Both the position numbers and the translations under genes were made by a program. This document shows positions 1-8,833 of a stretch of DNA of 64,000 nt, piece after piece; position 1 is the first letter of the stretch, and each line of letters opens with the position of its first letter. The stretch spans positions 1 through 64,000 of IMG/VR virus record IMGVR_UViG_2595698393_000001; one strand, given 5' to 3'. The notes under the pieces were generated by a model, which saw nothing but the letters and a program-made list of their open reading frames with translations, did no database searches and had not been told where the DNA came from. Origin of the DNA: a virus (lineage: Duplodnaviria > Caudoviricetes).

Positions 1-57
1 TTGGTTTTTACAGATAAGCGTAATATTAAGGATATAAGGAGTTAGGCACAATAAAAA

Positions 58-198
58 TTATTTCTTTATTGCTAATCCACAGCCAAATACAAATCCACCA
101 ACACCTGTACAAGCGTAACCGTACGCTTCTGGTGTAGTTGCAAATCCAAAAATTAGTAATCCAAATCCAACTGCTAATACTATCATCTTTTTTTTCAT
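58..198 (-). CDS. small hydrophobic peptide, 46 aa (MKKKMIVLAVGFGLLIFGFATTPEAYGYACTGVGGFVFGCGLAIKK)
   Basis: Translated by hand (below ORF-track cutoff); shares an identical 99 bp upstream region with 368..649. Confidence 0.65.
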   Translation of the reverse strand: MKKKMIVLAVGFGLLIFGFATTPEAYGYACTGVGGFVFGCGLAIKK

Positions 199-288
199 AA
201 TTCTAAATTGCCTAATAATTTATACCAGGACTTTATTAAGGGTTAACATTAATTTTAATTTATTCCGTATTGCGATATGCGATATTTA
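190..288. repeat. 99 bp direct repeat, copy 1
   Basis: Identical to 641..739; contains the start codon and 5' region of the minus-strand gene. Confidence 0.95.
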
Positions 289-331
289 ACTTATTATATA
301 AAACATTAAAACGTTTTTATATACTTGTGTT
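288..331. repeat. short attC-like inverted repeat (AAC...TATATAAAAC / GTTTTTATATA...GTT)
   Basis: TTTAAC ttat TATATAAAAC attaaaac GTTTTTATATA cttgt GTTAAA. Confidence 0.5.
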
Positions 332-360
332 AAAAAACAAGCGGAGATTTTACACTCCGC
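332..360 (-). terminator. intrinsic terminator after 368..649
   Basis: GCGGAG stem followed by a T-run on the minus strand. Confidence 0.7.
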
Positions 361-367
361 TATATAA

Positions 368-649
368 TTAAGCAACTAAACTACCCGAACCAGTTTTTAA
401 ATCTGTTAGTATTTTTGTTCGCTCTTTAGGTTTTGCTTCATCTTGGTTAATTGTTGCTAAATCCGCAGACATATACGCTGTACAACCCCAAACAGGAACA
501 GGAACACCAAAAATATAATTCCATCCTACGATACCCTCTGAAACACAAATTGATTGGTTGTTTCCCCCTCCTACTTGACGTGATCTCTGCGCTTCCATGC
601 TAGAAATTGATAATAATAAAAAACAAGATAATAAAAGTACTTTTTTCAT
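368..649 (-). CDS. small exported protein with Sec-type signal peptide
   Basis: MKKVLLLSCFLLLSISSMEA-Q: basic N-terminus, hydrophobic core, predicted cleavage before Gln. Confidence 0.7.
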   Translation of the reverse strand: MKKVLLLSCFLLLSISSMEAQRSRQVGGGNNQSICVSEGIVGWNYIFGVPVPVWGCTAYMSADLATINQDEAKPKERTKILTDLKTGSGSLVA

Positions 650-739
650 AATTCTAAATTGCCTAATAATTTATACCAGGACTTTATTAAGGGTTAACAT
701 TAATTTTAATTTATTCCGTATTGCGATATGCGATATTTA
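641..739. repeat. 99 bp direct repeat, copy 2
   Basis: Identical to 190..288. Confidence 0.95.
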
Positions 740-751
740 CGAATGTATGAG

Positions 752-1678
752 TTAAAATAAATGTGGTGATTTTACTTTAACTTGAGCAAAAACAAAATGT
801 TGTAATGTTTTGAAATTAATACTTGGATTTTTATGTTTTTTAACAAAATTCCAAGCATCTTCTTTTACAACATCATAATAAACAGTATTTAGTAATTGAG
901 GTATGCTTCTGCTATTAAAACCTTTATCATTTTCTATCTTAGCATAAACCTTTTCAACTAAAGCAGTAGTAACAAATTCTTCTGCAATTTCTAATTCAAC
1001 CATTTTTTTACCTTTAATTTCAGATGCTCCCATAACTTTAGAATGCTTTTCTTTAAATTCGGTAGTTACAATTTTAGCAAATGTATTTCTACCATATTTG
1101 TTTTTAAAATCATAATTCTTAATTACAATTCCTTCTCCAACACCTTTTCCATCTTCAATTAAAAAAACATTTTTCATTAATTGATTTACTAATTGCTCAT
1201 AACTTGCATTAGTAATAATGCTAATTGGTGAAATAAAATTAATTTCTTTTTCCTCAAGTAATGGTTTATAATAATCGTAAGCCAAGTAATTAACTTTGTC
1301 GTCAGATTCGTGTAATATTTCATTTTCGTCTCTGTCAACTGCAACATCAAAAACATAAAAGTTTCTCCAAGCATTTTCTTTATACGTTTTCAAAGAATGT
1401 GGCACAAGCCATTCACCGTACAACCTATGCTTTGGATTTTCTAATAAGTATTCTAATAAATTACTTTGCTCTTTAACCCAAGCGTAAAAACCTGCATTAT
1501 CGGCTTCTAATGTCAAATGTCTATTTCTACTCCCTGCCTGTATTTCTCCTTTTTCATTTAACCAAACACTTGCGTTTGTTCCGTCAATTTTTGGGAAAAT
1601 ATAAGTTTTTCCTAATTCAATGTTTTGAACTTCTGTAGTTCCAAATCTCTCTAAATGTTGATATTTTTTAAATTCCAT
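752..1678 (-). CDS. RNA ligase (Rnl2-like nucleotidyltransferase)
   Basis: Motif I KIDGTN, LYGEW, FYVFD, GEGIVIK, AKIV. Confidence 0.85.
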   Translation of the reverse strand: MEFKKYQHLERFGTTEVQNIELGKTYIFPKIDGTNASVWLNEKGEIQAGSRNRHLTLEADNAGFYAWVKEQSNLLEYLLENPKHRLYGEWLVPHSLKTYKENAWRNFYVFDVAVDRDENEILHESDDKVNYLAYDYYKPLLEEKEINFISPISIITNASYEQLVNQLMKNVFLIEDGKGVGEGIVIKNYDFKNKYGRNTFAKIVTTEFKEKHSKVMGASEIKGKKMVELEIAEEFVTTALVEKVYAKIENDKGFNSRSIPQLLNTVYYDVVKEDAWNFVKKHKNPSINFKTLQHFVFAQVKVKSPHLF

Positions 1679-1700
1679 TTTAAATTTATTAAAGTTAACA

Positions 1701-1952
1701 TTAATTTTTTTCTTTTATTTTTTCTTCCAACGCTTTTAAAGATTCATCTATACTATTAAAAGTTTCAGAGAAATCAGTATCAACCATTTTACCTAAATTA
1801 TTTTTAGATGTTATTGAAGCTAAAAAAGACCTTCCACCATCCATAGTAAAAATCGAAAGTTTCTTGGATTTATCGCTTGTGTATTTTTCATAAGCATAAC
1901 AAAATTCAGGTCTTTGTCTGTTCTTTACTAACTTAAATTCTTTAAAATTCAT
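1701..1952 (-). CDS. hypothetical protein
   Basis: ORF co-oriented with the operon. Confidence 0.65.
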   Translation of the reverse strand: MNFKEFKLVKNRQRPEFCYAYEKYTSDKSKKLSIFTMDGGRSFLASITSKNNLGKMVDTDFSETFNSIDESLKALEEKIKEKN

Positions 1953-2028
1953 AATTTTAATTTTTAAATTGTTTTCTTAATTGTTTATTTTCTTTGCGAT
2001 ATTTAACTTAGTATATAAAATATTAAAT

Positions 2029-2196
2029 TTAAAGCCTAGTTATTTGCCTTTCATCTACTTCTATAACTAAATCGTCAGTCCATTCGTTTTTAGTTACAAA
2101 AAAGCTCCATTTCTCAGTAAAGCTACTCCATAATCCTATATTCCATCCATAATTAGCATGTATATTCACCCAATAATAACCGCTTTTTCTATTCAT
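2029..2196 (-). CDS. hypothetical protein, 55 aa (MNRKSGYYWV...)
   Basis: Translated by hand; Trp-rich small phage protein. Confidence 0.6.
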   Translation of the reverse strand: MNRKSGYYWVNIHANYGWNIGLWSSFTEKWSFFVTKNEWTDDLVIEVDERQITRL

Positions 2197-2226
2197 TATT
2201 TTAAATTTAACTTAGCATATAAAATA

Positions 2227-2466
2227 TTAAGCATAGTGATTTTTAATTTGTTCTGTTCTGTGTCTAATTAATAAATCTATTTTATCCAACATTTCAATTT
2301 CTTTTTCATCCAGTATCGCAGTTGCGGTATTTGTCTTTTTATCAAGTAAATATTTAGGCGTTAAACTGTTTAATAGTTTTGTTTTTTTTCAAGAAGTTGT
2401 TTAATATCTGGATCTTCTAAAAGGCGTTTATTTAGCTCTCTAATTTTATCAAAGTTTGTTTTCATA
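2227..2466 (-). pseudogene. hypothetical protein with apparent frameshift in an A-run near 2382-2389
   Basis: Adding one A joins MKTNFDKIREL... to ...KLLNSLTPKYLLDKK...; probably a sequencing error. Confidence 0.5.
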
Positions 2467-2472
2467 ATTTTT

Positions 2473-3381
2473 CTATTTCCTTTGTGATCCTCCTTTGAAT
2501 ACTACAACATTGAACATTGAGAACAACCTATCAAAAACTCTGCTTCCGTATTTTAAACCGAACTGTTCCAATCCTTTTGATACATCGTCCGGAAACTCAT
2601 CACTAAAGTTACAAGTGGCGTAGGTTCGCTTATTTGCATCGTATCTCTTTTCAAGAATATCTTTAAAGATATTGATTTTTCCGTAATTATTAGCTTCTCT
2701 TTCCGTAAGTAAATCATCGAAATTTAAAACACCGGTAACCATGTCCTTCCAAAACAACTCTTTTTCAGTATTGGTTTCGCATGCTTCGTATTGTAGAACA
2801 ACATCGTTTGCAGTTTTTGTTTTGAAAGTGAAATTAGAAAACTTCATACTTTCCTCCATTGCTTTCATTACGGATGTTTTACCGTTTCCGTAACCGCCAA
2901 TAATTAAAAGGCCTTTGTTTTTATCTGGAGCAGAAATTGGAGAAACGTTCTTGCATTTTTTAAAATTCTCAAAATCTCCAATGAAATAATAAACCAATGG
3001 CTTAAGGTTCTCTATGCTATCTTCGCTTCTTGAATACTTGACTTTGTTTAATTCAAAATACTTTCTATTGAATACTTCCCAAAGTAATTCTTTTGTCAAA
3101 AAAGGTTTTGGTTCCTGTTTTTTTTCAGGTGTTGCTTTTTTTGCAACAACAAAAACCGTTGGATGCTTTTCTTCGTAAGCCTCAATTTTTTTTAAAGCTT
3201 CAGCAATTGTTAAATCAGGAAATTGCATATTAAAAAAACCAATAGTTTCATCGTTAATTTCTTCCAAATTTAAAGCTTTTAATGCTTCGTATTTTCTTTT
3301 TCCGATTATTTTGTTTTGATTTTCCATATTAATTTCGGTTTGTTCCAAAACTTGGTTTTGTTTTTTGTTGATTATTGGCAT
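2473..3381 (-). CDS. DnaC/IstB-like P-loop ATPase (helicase loader)
   Basis: Walker A GGYGNGKT, Walker B LNFDD, YGSRVFDRL; adjacent to the initiator. Confidence 0.85.
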   Translation of the reverse strand: MPIINKKQNQVLEQTEINMENQNKIIGKRKYEALKALNLEEINDETIGFFNMQFPDLTIAEALKKIEAYEEKHPTVFVVAKKATPEKKQEPKPFLTKELLWEVFNRKYFELNKVKYSRSEDSIENLKPLVYYFIGDFENFKKCKNVSPISAPDKNKGLLIIGGYGNGKTSVMKAMEESMKFSNFTFKTKTANDVVLQYEACETNTEKELFWKDMVTGVLNFDDLLTEREANNYGKINIFKDILEKRYDANKRTYATCNFSDEFPDDVSKGLEQFGLKYGSRVFDRLFSMFNVVVFKGGSQRK

Positions 3382-3997
3382 TGTATGTTCTTTCCCTTTC
3401 TTTCCACGTTTTTAATCTTAACGATGTACTGAAGCTTTTTTCTTTTTCTTTTCTAAATTTTTTGTCGTTATCTCCATGTTCTGACCAGTAGTTGTAGAAT
3501 TTATTTAAAAGATTACTATCGTATTTTTCTTCAAAAGCTAGTAAGGAATTTTTAAATTCCGCTTTTCTATCTTCAATACTTTTTTTTATAACTTTAACTG
3601 TATCTGTTACTGTATCTGTTACTGTATCTGTTACTGTATCTGTTACTGTATCTGTTACTGTATCTGTTACTATGGTATCGGTTGGATTTGTTGAGCTTTG
3701 TTTAACACTTTCAACATGTGTTGAATTTGAAGACTCTTGTTTTCTTTTTTCAGCACTTGCTTTACCTGCTTTAGAACGCTTGCTAACTATTGATTCATAG
3801 CGTGTTAGGTCTCTTTTTAGTTGTAATTTTATAGGTTCAAAAACTAAATCTATAATTTGGTTTTCGGGTTCAGGATTTTTATCATTTACATATCTTAGTA
3901 TGTGTTTTAGTAATTTTCCTGCTTGTTCGTCTTCTAGTTTTTCTACGGTATGGACCAAATCACAATACATTAGAAATGATTTTTTATCTTTAGCCAT
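3329..3997 (-). CDS. phage replication initiator (DUF6291-like N-terminus)
   Basis: MAKDKKSFLMYCD, RSKAGKASA, internal tandem repeat, C-terminal FYNYW...RLKTW. Confidence 0.75.
   Translation of the reverse strand: MAKDKKSFLMYCDLVHTVEKLEDEQAGKLLKHILRYVNDKNPEPENQIIDLVFEPIKLQLKRDLTRYESIVSKRSKAGKASAEKRKQESSNSTHVESVKQSSTNPTDTIVTDTVTDTVTDTVTDTVTDTVTDTVKVIKKSIEDRKAEFKNSLLAFEEKYDSNLLNKFYNYWSEHGDNDKKFRKEKEKSFSTSLRLKTWKERERTYNANNQQKTKPSFGTNRN
3597..3671. repeat. 12 bp tandem repeat (TATCTGTTACTG) x ~6, encoding DTVT repeats
   Basis: Direct inspection. Confidence 0.95.
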
Positions 3998-4010
3998 TAT
4001 TTTTAGGAAT

Positions 4011-4112
4011 AAAAAAAACCGCTAAAAACCATAGCCCTCTCACAAGCATCTGGTAATTTAGCGGTACATAATCAATATTTTTCATTGTGAGAGAATTTGA
4101 GCACCAAATGTA
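4011..4112 (-). promoter_or_regulatory. promoter (-7 box TACATTTG) and attenuator-like leader upstream of the initiator
   Basis: -7 box 4105-4112; terminator stem ACCGCTAAA/TTTAGCGGT + T8; leader CTCTCACAA complementary to loop TTGTGAGAG. Confidence 0.65.
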
Positions 4113-4141
4113 TAAAATTATTTTAAATTAAACACTATTTT

Positions 4142-4354
4142 TTATATTTTTTTTAAGCTTATTCCCCAATATCTAACATGTCGCTCTTCTTTCATGAAGT
4201 CTTCAAAGCTACCAAAATCAATTCCATTGCTAATATGGTATTCGTAAAGTGCTTTGTCTTCACTTTCTGCTTCTATTATTTTTTCTGGATATGTATCTGC
4301 TCTGCCTTCCATTCCAGTTGCTAAGTAGTAGTAACTAATTTTATATTTTTCCAT
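4142..4354 (-). CDS. hypothetical protein
   Basis: ORF in operon. Confidence 0.65.
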   Translation of the reverse strand: MEKYKISYYYLATGMEGRADTYPEKIIEAESEDKALYEYHISNGIDFGSFEDFMKEERHVRYWGISLKKI

Positions 4355-4356
4355 CT

Positions 4357-4554
4357 TTAATTATTTTTTAGTAAAAATTGCATTGTTGTAGTGAGTTGTG
4401 ATATTTCGATTTTGAAATTCTCTATATCGTTATTAGCATAGAATAGATCCGCTTGCATTTCTGGTTCATCTATTATCTTTTCGGAGTTCTTTATCTCTGC
4501 CTGAAGGTCTGCAATACGCTTCTGGATGGTTAGTATTGCTTTATAGTGTGTCAT
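4357..4554 (-). CDS. hypothetical coiled-coil protein
   Basis: Overlapping start/stop with neighbour. Confidence 0.65.
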   Translation of the reverse strand: MTHYKAILTIQKRIADLQAEIKNSEKIIDEPEMQADLFYANNDIENFKIEISQLTTTMQFLLKNN

Positions 4555-4841
4555 TTTTTATTTATTTTATCTTTTAACCCCCAATATGTCCCAAGTAAAC
4601 CACCAATTAAACTACACATTATTACAGGTAAATAAGCAAAATTAAAATCCTTCATAAGAGAATTAATACTTACAACTCCAATAGAAATACTGACTAACCA
4701 AGCTATGTGAATTATGGCCCCGCTTATAAGCGCTTTTTTCATATTTTTATCAGCTATTGCTTTTACATTTATAGTTCTACTTCCTATAAATATTATTTGT
4801 GTTAAAAAAACTACTACACTATCTATTAAAATGCTGCTCAT
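4551..4841 (-). CDS. small membrane protein (DUF5698-like)
   Basis: Three hydrophobic segments; GGLLGTYWG. Confidence 0.6.
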   Translation of the reverse strand: MSSILIDSVVVFLTQIIFIGSRTINVKAIADKNMKKALISGAIIHIAWLVSISIGVVSINSLMKDFNFAYLPVIMCSLIGGLLGTYWGLKDKINKK

Positions 4842-5365
4842 AAAATTATTTTTAATATTATATTAGTTACTTTATTTTCCAAATCTGATAATGTGCCATT
4901 GTTTGTTATTATGAAATCAGAGTACCTAAATAAATCTGCTGTATTTGATTCTTTACTTTCACGTTTTACCCTCCAATTATAAACACCTATGATGTGGTCA
5001 AATACTTTTGATTCCTTAGCTTCTTGTACCTCTAAAGCACTTCTTAGTCCTACGTATATGTTAGCTACACTTAAAACGTCTCTAACTAGTCTTAATTTAT
5101 CTAATGAATTGTATCTACAAATTTCGTTGTACCATATCTCTCTGTGATTAACTCTATCGTTAAATGCATCTTCTAAATTATCATAAAACAATCCGTATTT
5201 TCGAGAAAGTATATCTCTAAGAAAAACCCTAAGCGCAACTCTTGAACTAGAATCGTTTTTTAATCCAGTTTGATTTGTGATAAACTTAGCTAGTTCATCT
5301 TTTCCGTGTCTTGCGTCTCCGAGTATTAAAATACTTGTAGATTTATTTATTTTACTCATATCCAA
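4838..5365 (-). CDS. dNMP kinase-like P-loop protein
   Basis: ILGDARHGKD P-loop; DFIITNNGTLSDL C-terminal motif typical of phage dNMP kinases. Confidence 0.7.
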   Translation of the reverse strand: MDMSKINKSTSILILGDARHGKDELAKFITNQTGLKNDSSSRVALRVFLRDILSRKYGLFYDNLEDAFNDRVNHREIWYNEICRYNSLDKLRLVRDVLSVANIYVGLRSALEVQEAKESKVFDHIIGVYNWRVKRESKESNTADLFRYSDFIITNNGTLSDLENKVTNIILKIIL

Positions 5366-5479
5366 ATTGTTTTTTAATACGTTGTTTTTCTTTTTCTATT
5401 GATTCTATGTTTGTAAGGTATAAATACCTGTGGTACTCTTCGTTTAGCTTTACTAGTTCTTTAGGTGTTGCAAGCATAA

Positions 5480-5875
5480 TTACGCTACTTTAAGGTTATC
5501 TAATAAGTTGAAGTCTTGGACTACTACTTCGTTTAAAATATCATCTTTGCAATTAATTTCATTAATATAAAAGTCTATTTCTTGCTTTAAATCTTTATAG
5601 GTTTCGTAGTGGTCTGAAATTGTTTTATAACCATGTAGAACACTTGCGTGATCGTGAACTCTATTTCTTCCATTTTCTTTCGAAATTTTACCAATTTCCT
5701 TTAAAGAAGGTTTTGTAAATCTATAACATAGGTAAAAAAACTTCTGCCGAGTATATATTAAGTCTCTTTTTCTTGTGTTTGAAAAAAGTACTTCAGGAGT
5801 TATTTCGTTGTATTCGCAAACCAATTTCAAAATGAAATCAGGACTTACCGTTGTTTTTTCTCTAAATCTTTCCAT
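5480..5875 (-). CDS. DnaA C-terminal HTH-like DNA-binding protein
   Basis: TRKRDLIYTRQ...SLKEIG...DHASVLHG resembles DnaA domain IV. Confidence 0.75.
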   Translation of the reverse strand: MERFREKTTVSPDFILKLVCEYNEITPEVLFSNTRKRDLIYTRQKFFYLCYRFTKPSLKEIGKISKENGRNRVHDHASVLHGYKTISDHYETYKDLKQEIDFYINEINCKDDILNEVVVQDFNLLDNLKVA

Positions 5876-5876
5876 A

Positions 5877-6521
5877 TTATTGATTTTTTATGTTAATGTT
5901 TTCAGTCCATTGTTTAGCCATTGCATTTGCTATTCCTGTAAAAGTTTTACTCCTCGCTTTTCTTCTCTCCTCTTTCGGAAGTTTAAGCGTTTCAAAATGC
6001 AATCTACTATCAGTCCTTCCGCTTTTATGTATTATTATATCTGGCTCTACTATATTAGTTGGTTCTAGTTTTGGTAATCCAACAAGCCATAGGCATGTAC
6101 TTTTTCTTTCTGCATGACCATATTGATAAGGTTGTATTATTTGATTTGGCTTTTTGTATAATCTACTCATTATTCCAATAGGATTTTCAATGTATCCCTT
6201 CCCTACTTTTTCCAAAGCCATTGCGCAATTAAAGAAATGCGAAACTGCCTCTAATCTATCCTGCTGTATAGTCGGAAACCTTTCTGCATATTCAGGCTTA
6301 TAATATTTATTTGCCGCTACTGTTAGCCGTGTGCATTCCGGATGCATACCTAAAAAATCTGGATTTATTTTTTCAATAGCTTTTAAGTAGTCCATTTGCA
6401 AGTGCCTTTCTGGATATTTACCACTTGAAGGAAGTAAATCACAGCTATAAGCATCGTGTCCGGCCTCTAAAAAAGCAGTCATTACTGTCTGGCTTTCTTC
6501 ATGTGTTATTAATACTTTCAT
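5877..6521 (-). CDS. DNA cytosine methyltransferase-like protein
   Basis: AYSCDL, HPECT (PC-like), IENP, RSKTFTGIANAMAKQW. Confidence 0.7.
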   Translation of the reverse strand: MKVLITHEESQTVMTAFLEAGHDAYSCDLLPSSGKYPERHLQMDYLKAIEKINPDFLGMHPECTRLTVAANKYYKPEYAERFPTIQQDRLEAVSHFFNCAMALEKVGKGYIENPIGIMSRLYKKPNQIIQPYQYGHAERKSTCLWLVGLPKLEPTNIVEPDIIIHKSGRTDSRLHFETLKLPKEERRKARSKTFTGIANAMAKQWTENINIKNQ

Positions 6522-6700
6522 TTTAATTAATTTTTTAAATTAAACTCTGAGATAAAATTATCTACCTCGTGGCTTGGATTTGTTTTTAATTTTTTACATG
6601 TTTCCTGGAATATTTCTAGTGGTCCAGTGGTTACGCAAAAAGTTTTTGCAATCTTCTTTTCTTCTCGTGATTTTTTAATGTTTGCCATATTTTTGTTTTT

Positions 6701-7540
6701 TTAATCGGTACAACCTCCAGAATCACATCCGCTTCCAGTTCCAAAAAAGAAATCCATTTGGACTCCCATTTTTTTAATTTGCTTCATTGTAAAATTTGTT
6801 TTAAATCGGTTTTTAGTTTCTATTTCTTTGTCTTTAGCCCAATTCATTACATTTGGTGCATCGTCAAAATTCTTTCTTAATTGCGGTTCTTGCTTATGGA
6901 AACACATTTGGCAATTACTGTCTTTTGGAAAAGTCAAACCACTTTCTAAAGCCCATAGATAAATATGATAATGCAATATTTTATCATCAATTAAAGGAAA
7001 CTCACCAACACGCCATTCAATGTCTTTTTTCCAGTTTTGTCGTTTTTGTCCGTAAGTATTACAGCTTATTGGTAACTCATAAGTAGTGGTTAATCTATCC
7101 ATTCTTTCAATTTCATCAAGTCTGTAACCAATTCTCATATTTACAGGAAAATCGGTATATAAATAACACCATTCAAATATTGGTTTTAACTTCATTAATT
7201 CAGTACACCATCTTTGGTCGTGTTTTGGTAAACCTTTTTTGTATTTAATCCACCAATCAAAACTTTCATCACGTAGCCAAATAATTTCTCTACCTAATTT
7301 TTGCTCTAAATCTAAAATAACATTTAATGTTAAGTAATTTTCAGGAGTTCCAATACATTCGCCAAAACGAGAACTGTATTTTTGTAATTTATCATTAACC
7401 AATTGCATTACTTTTTTATCTGGATGCGCACATTTTTTATCATCATTACAGACCAAAGAAAATATGTTATAATCTGCAGGATAGTGCATTGCTAAATAAC
7501 TACTTGTTTTTCCTCCGCTTAAGCTGTTTATATCAACCAT
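6701..7540 (-). CDS. PAPS reductase-like / PP-loop protein
   Basis: SLSGGKTS, RWCTELMK, NCQMCFHK, C-terminal Cys cluster. Confidence 0.75.
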   Translation of the reverse strand: MVDINSLSGGKTSSYLAMHYPADYNIFSLVCNDDKKCAHPDKKVMQLVNDKLQKYSSRFGECIGTPENYLTLNVILDLEQKLGREIIWLRDESFDWWIKYKKGLPKHDQRWCTELMKLKPIFEWCYLYTDFPVNMRIGYRLDEIERMDRLTTTYELPISCNTYGQKRQNWKKDIEWRVGEFPLIDDKILHYHIYLWALESGLTFPKDSNCQMCFHKQEPQLRKNFDDAPNVMNWAKDKEIETKNRFKTNFTMKQIKKMGVQMDFFFGTGSGCDSGGCTD

Positions 7541-7712
7541 ATAGTTTTATTTTAAAAATAATAATGAAATAAGTAAAATACAAACAACATATGTAACATA
7601 CGATACAAATCCGTTAGGACTATCTTCCCCTATACTTTCATAATAATCTATTTCTTCGGTAATCATTTCTTGTGGAGTAGTCATAAATTAATATTTTTAT
7701 ATTGATGTTGAA

Positions 7713-7720
7713 CAAATATA
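7713..7720 (-). promoter_or_regulatory. Bacteroidota sigma70 -7 box (TATATTTG)
   Basis: Matches TAnnTTTG; intergenic, just downstream of a terminator. Confidence 0.55.
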
Positions 7721-7751
7721 GTTAATATATAGTTATGTTTTACGTTGAGCA

Positions 7752-7790
7752 TAAAAAAAGCATCAAGTTTTTTAATTTTGATGCTTTTTA
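7752..7790 (-). terminator. intrinsic terminator
   Basis: AAAAAGCATCAA/TTGATGCTTTTT inverted repeat. Confidence 0.75.
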
Positions 7791-7821
7791 TTAATGTAAA
7801 TTACTGATAATCAGTTAGTTA

Positions 7822-8184
7822 TTAAAATGGGAGATCATCAATTTCCTCTTCTGTATCTTCTGCAGGTGGTAGGTCTTTAGCCTCGTATTTATCTACTGCG
7901 GATTCTGGTTTTGCCTCTGGTTGGCCAAGTAGTTCAATTCTCCATCCTTGGAGGTTGACGTAGTACTTCCCATTATATTCAGATCCCCTATGGTTTATAC
8001 CAACTTTTACTGACTGACCAATCGTGTAGCTGTTTAATAAATCTCCTTTATCTTTAACAAAGTCCATGGCTAGTTTTTGCGGAAAGTTTTCATCCGTTTC
8101 TATCACTAGTTGTCTCTTGCTAAAACCGTTATTTCCGAAAGTCTCTGTTTCGCCAATTACTATAATTTTTCCTTCTAATTCCAT
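7822..8184 (-). CDS. DUF3127 family single-stranded DNA-binding protein
   Basis: MELEGKI...FSKRQLVIET...LQGWRIE; acidic DDLPF tail. Confidence 0.85.
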   Translation of the reverse strand: MELEGKIIVIGETETFGNNGFSKRQLVIETDENFPQKLAMDFVKDKGDLLNSYTIGQSVKVGINHRGSEYNGKYYVNLQGWRIELLGQPEAKPESAVDKYEAKDLPPAEDTEEEIDDLPF

Positions 8185-8459
8185 AACATTGTTTCTGTTT
8201 TTTCTTTTGGTTTATTTCTAATGTATTTTTTTATGATGTAATTTTCTGCTCCAACATCAAGCCAGTTAATAATTTTGAAAAAAGTCTCCATTCTTATAAA
8301 CTTTCGGTGACGTATATTGTATATGGTTTTACGATCTATTTCAATTTTTTTTTGTAGATACTCTAACGACTTATTTACAGAGTTTAATTTTACTCTAATG
8401 TCAGTATATAGCTTTTCAAAATCTAGCGTTGTAATCCATTCTCCGTGATTCGTTTTCAT
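8175..8459 (-). CDS. HTH (Cro/XRE-like) protein
   Basis: IEIDRKTIYNI HTH-like segment. Confidence 0.5.
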   Translation of the reverse strand: MKTNHGEWITTLDFEKLYTDIRVKLNSVNKSLEYLQKKIEIDRKTIYNIRHRKFIRMETFFKIINWLDVGAENYIIKKYIRNKPKEKTETMLWN

Positions 8460-8571
8460 TCTCTATTGTTGTAATTATACCAAAATTTAGCAACCAATAT
8501 TAATGCAATATAAATTATTATACAAGTTAAATGAATCATTTGTGTTATTAGTTTCCGGTTCCTGCTATGTA

Positions 8572-8832
8572 TTACCCATAATCAATTTCTGCGATTAAAT
8601 CTTTAAGCGTTTTTCCATCCATGTTGTTTATGGTAGGGAACTTAGATCCTTCTTCGTCTGCCAGGTATATTTCATCCCATTTACATTTTTTGATCTCTTT
8701 AACATTGCTATCTCTTAGTTCCGAAATATCTATGTTTTGTTCTTCGCAAAGAAGTATTGTTGCTAATAGTTCTGTTTCTGCGGCAACAATATCCATTTCT
8801 CCGTCTTCGTGTATAAATTTGAATATTCTCAT
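8572..8832 (-). CDS. hypothetical acidic protein
   Basis: ORF in operon. Confidence 0.65.
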   Translation of the reverse strand: MRIFKFIHEDGEMDIVAAETELLATILLCEEQNIDISELRDSNVKEIKKCKWDEIYLADEEGSKFPTINNMDGKTLKDLIAEIDYG

Positions 8833-8833
8833 G

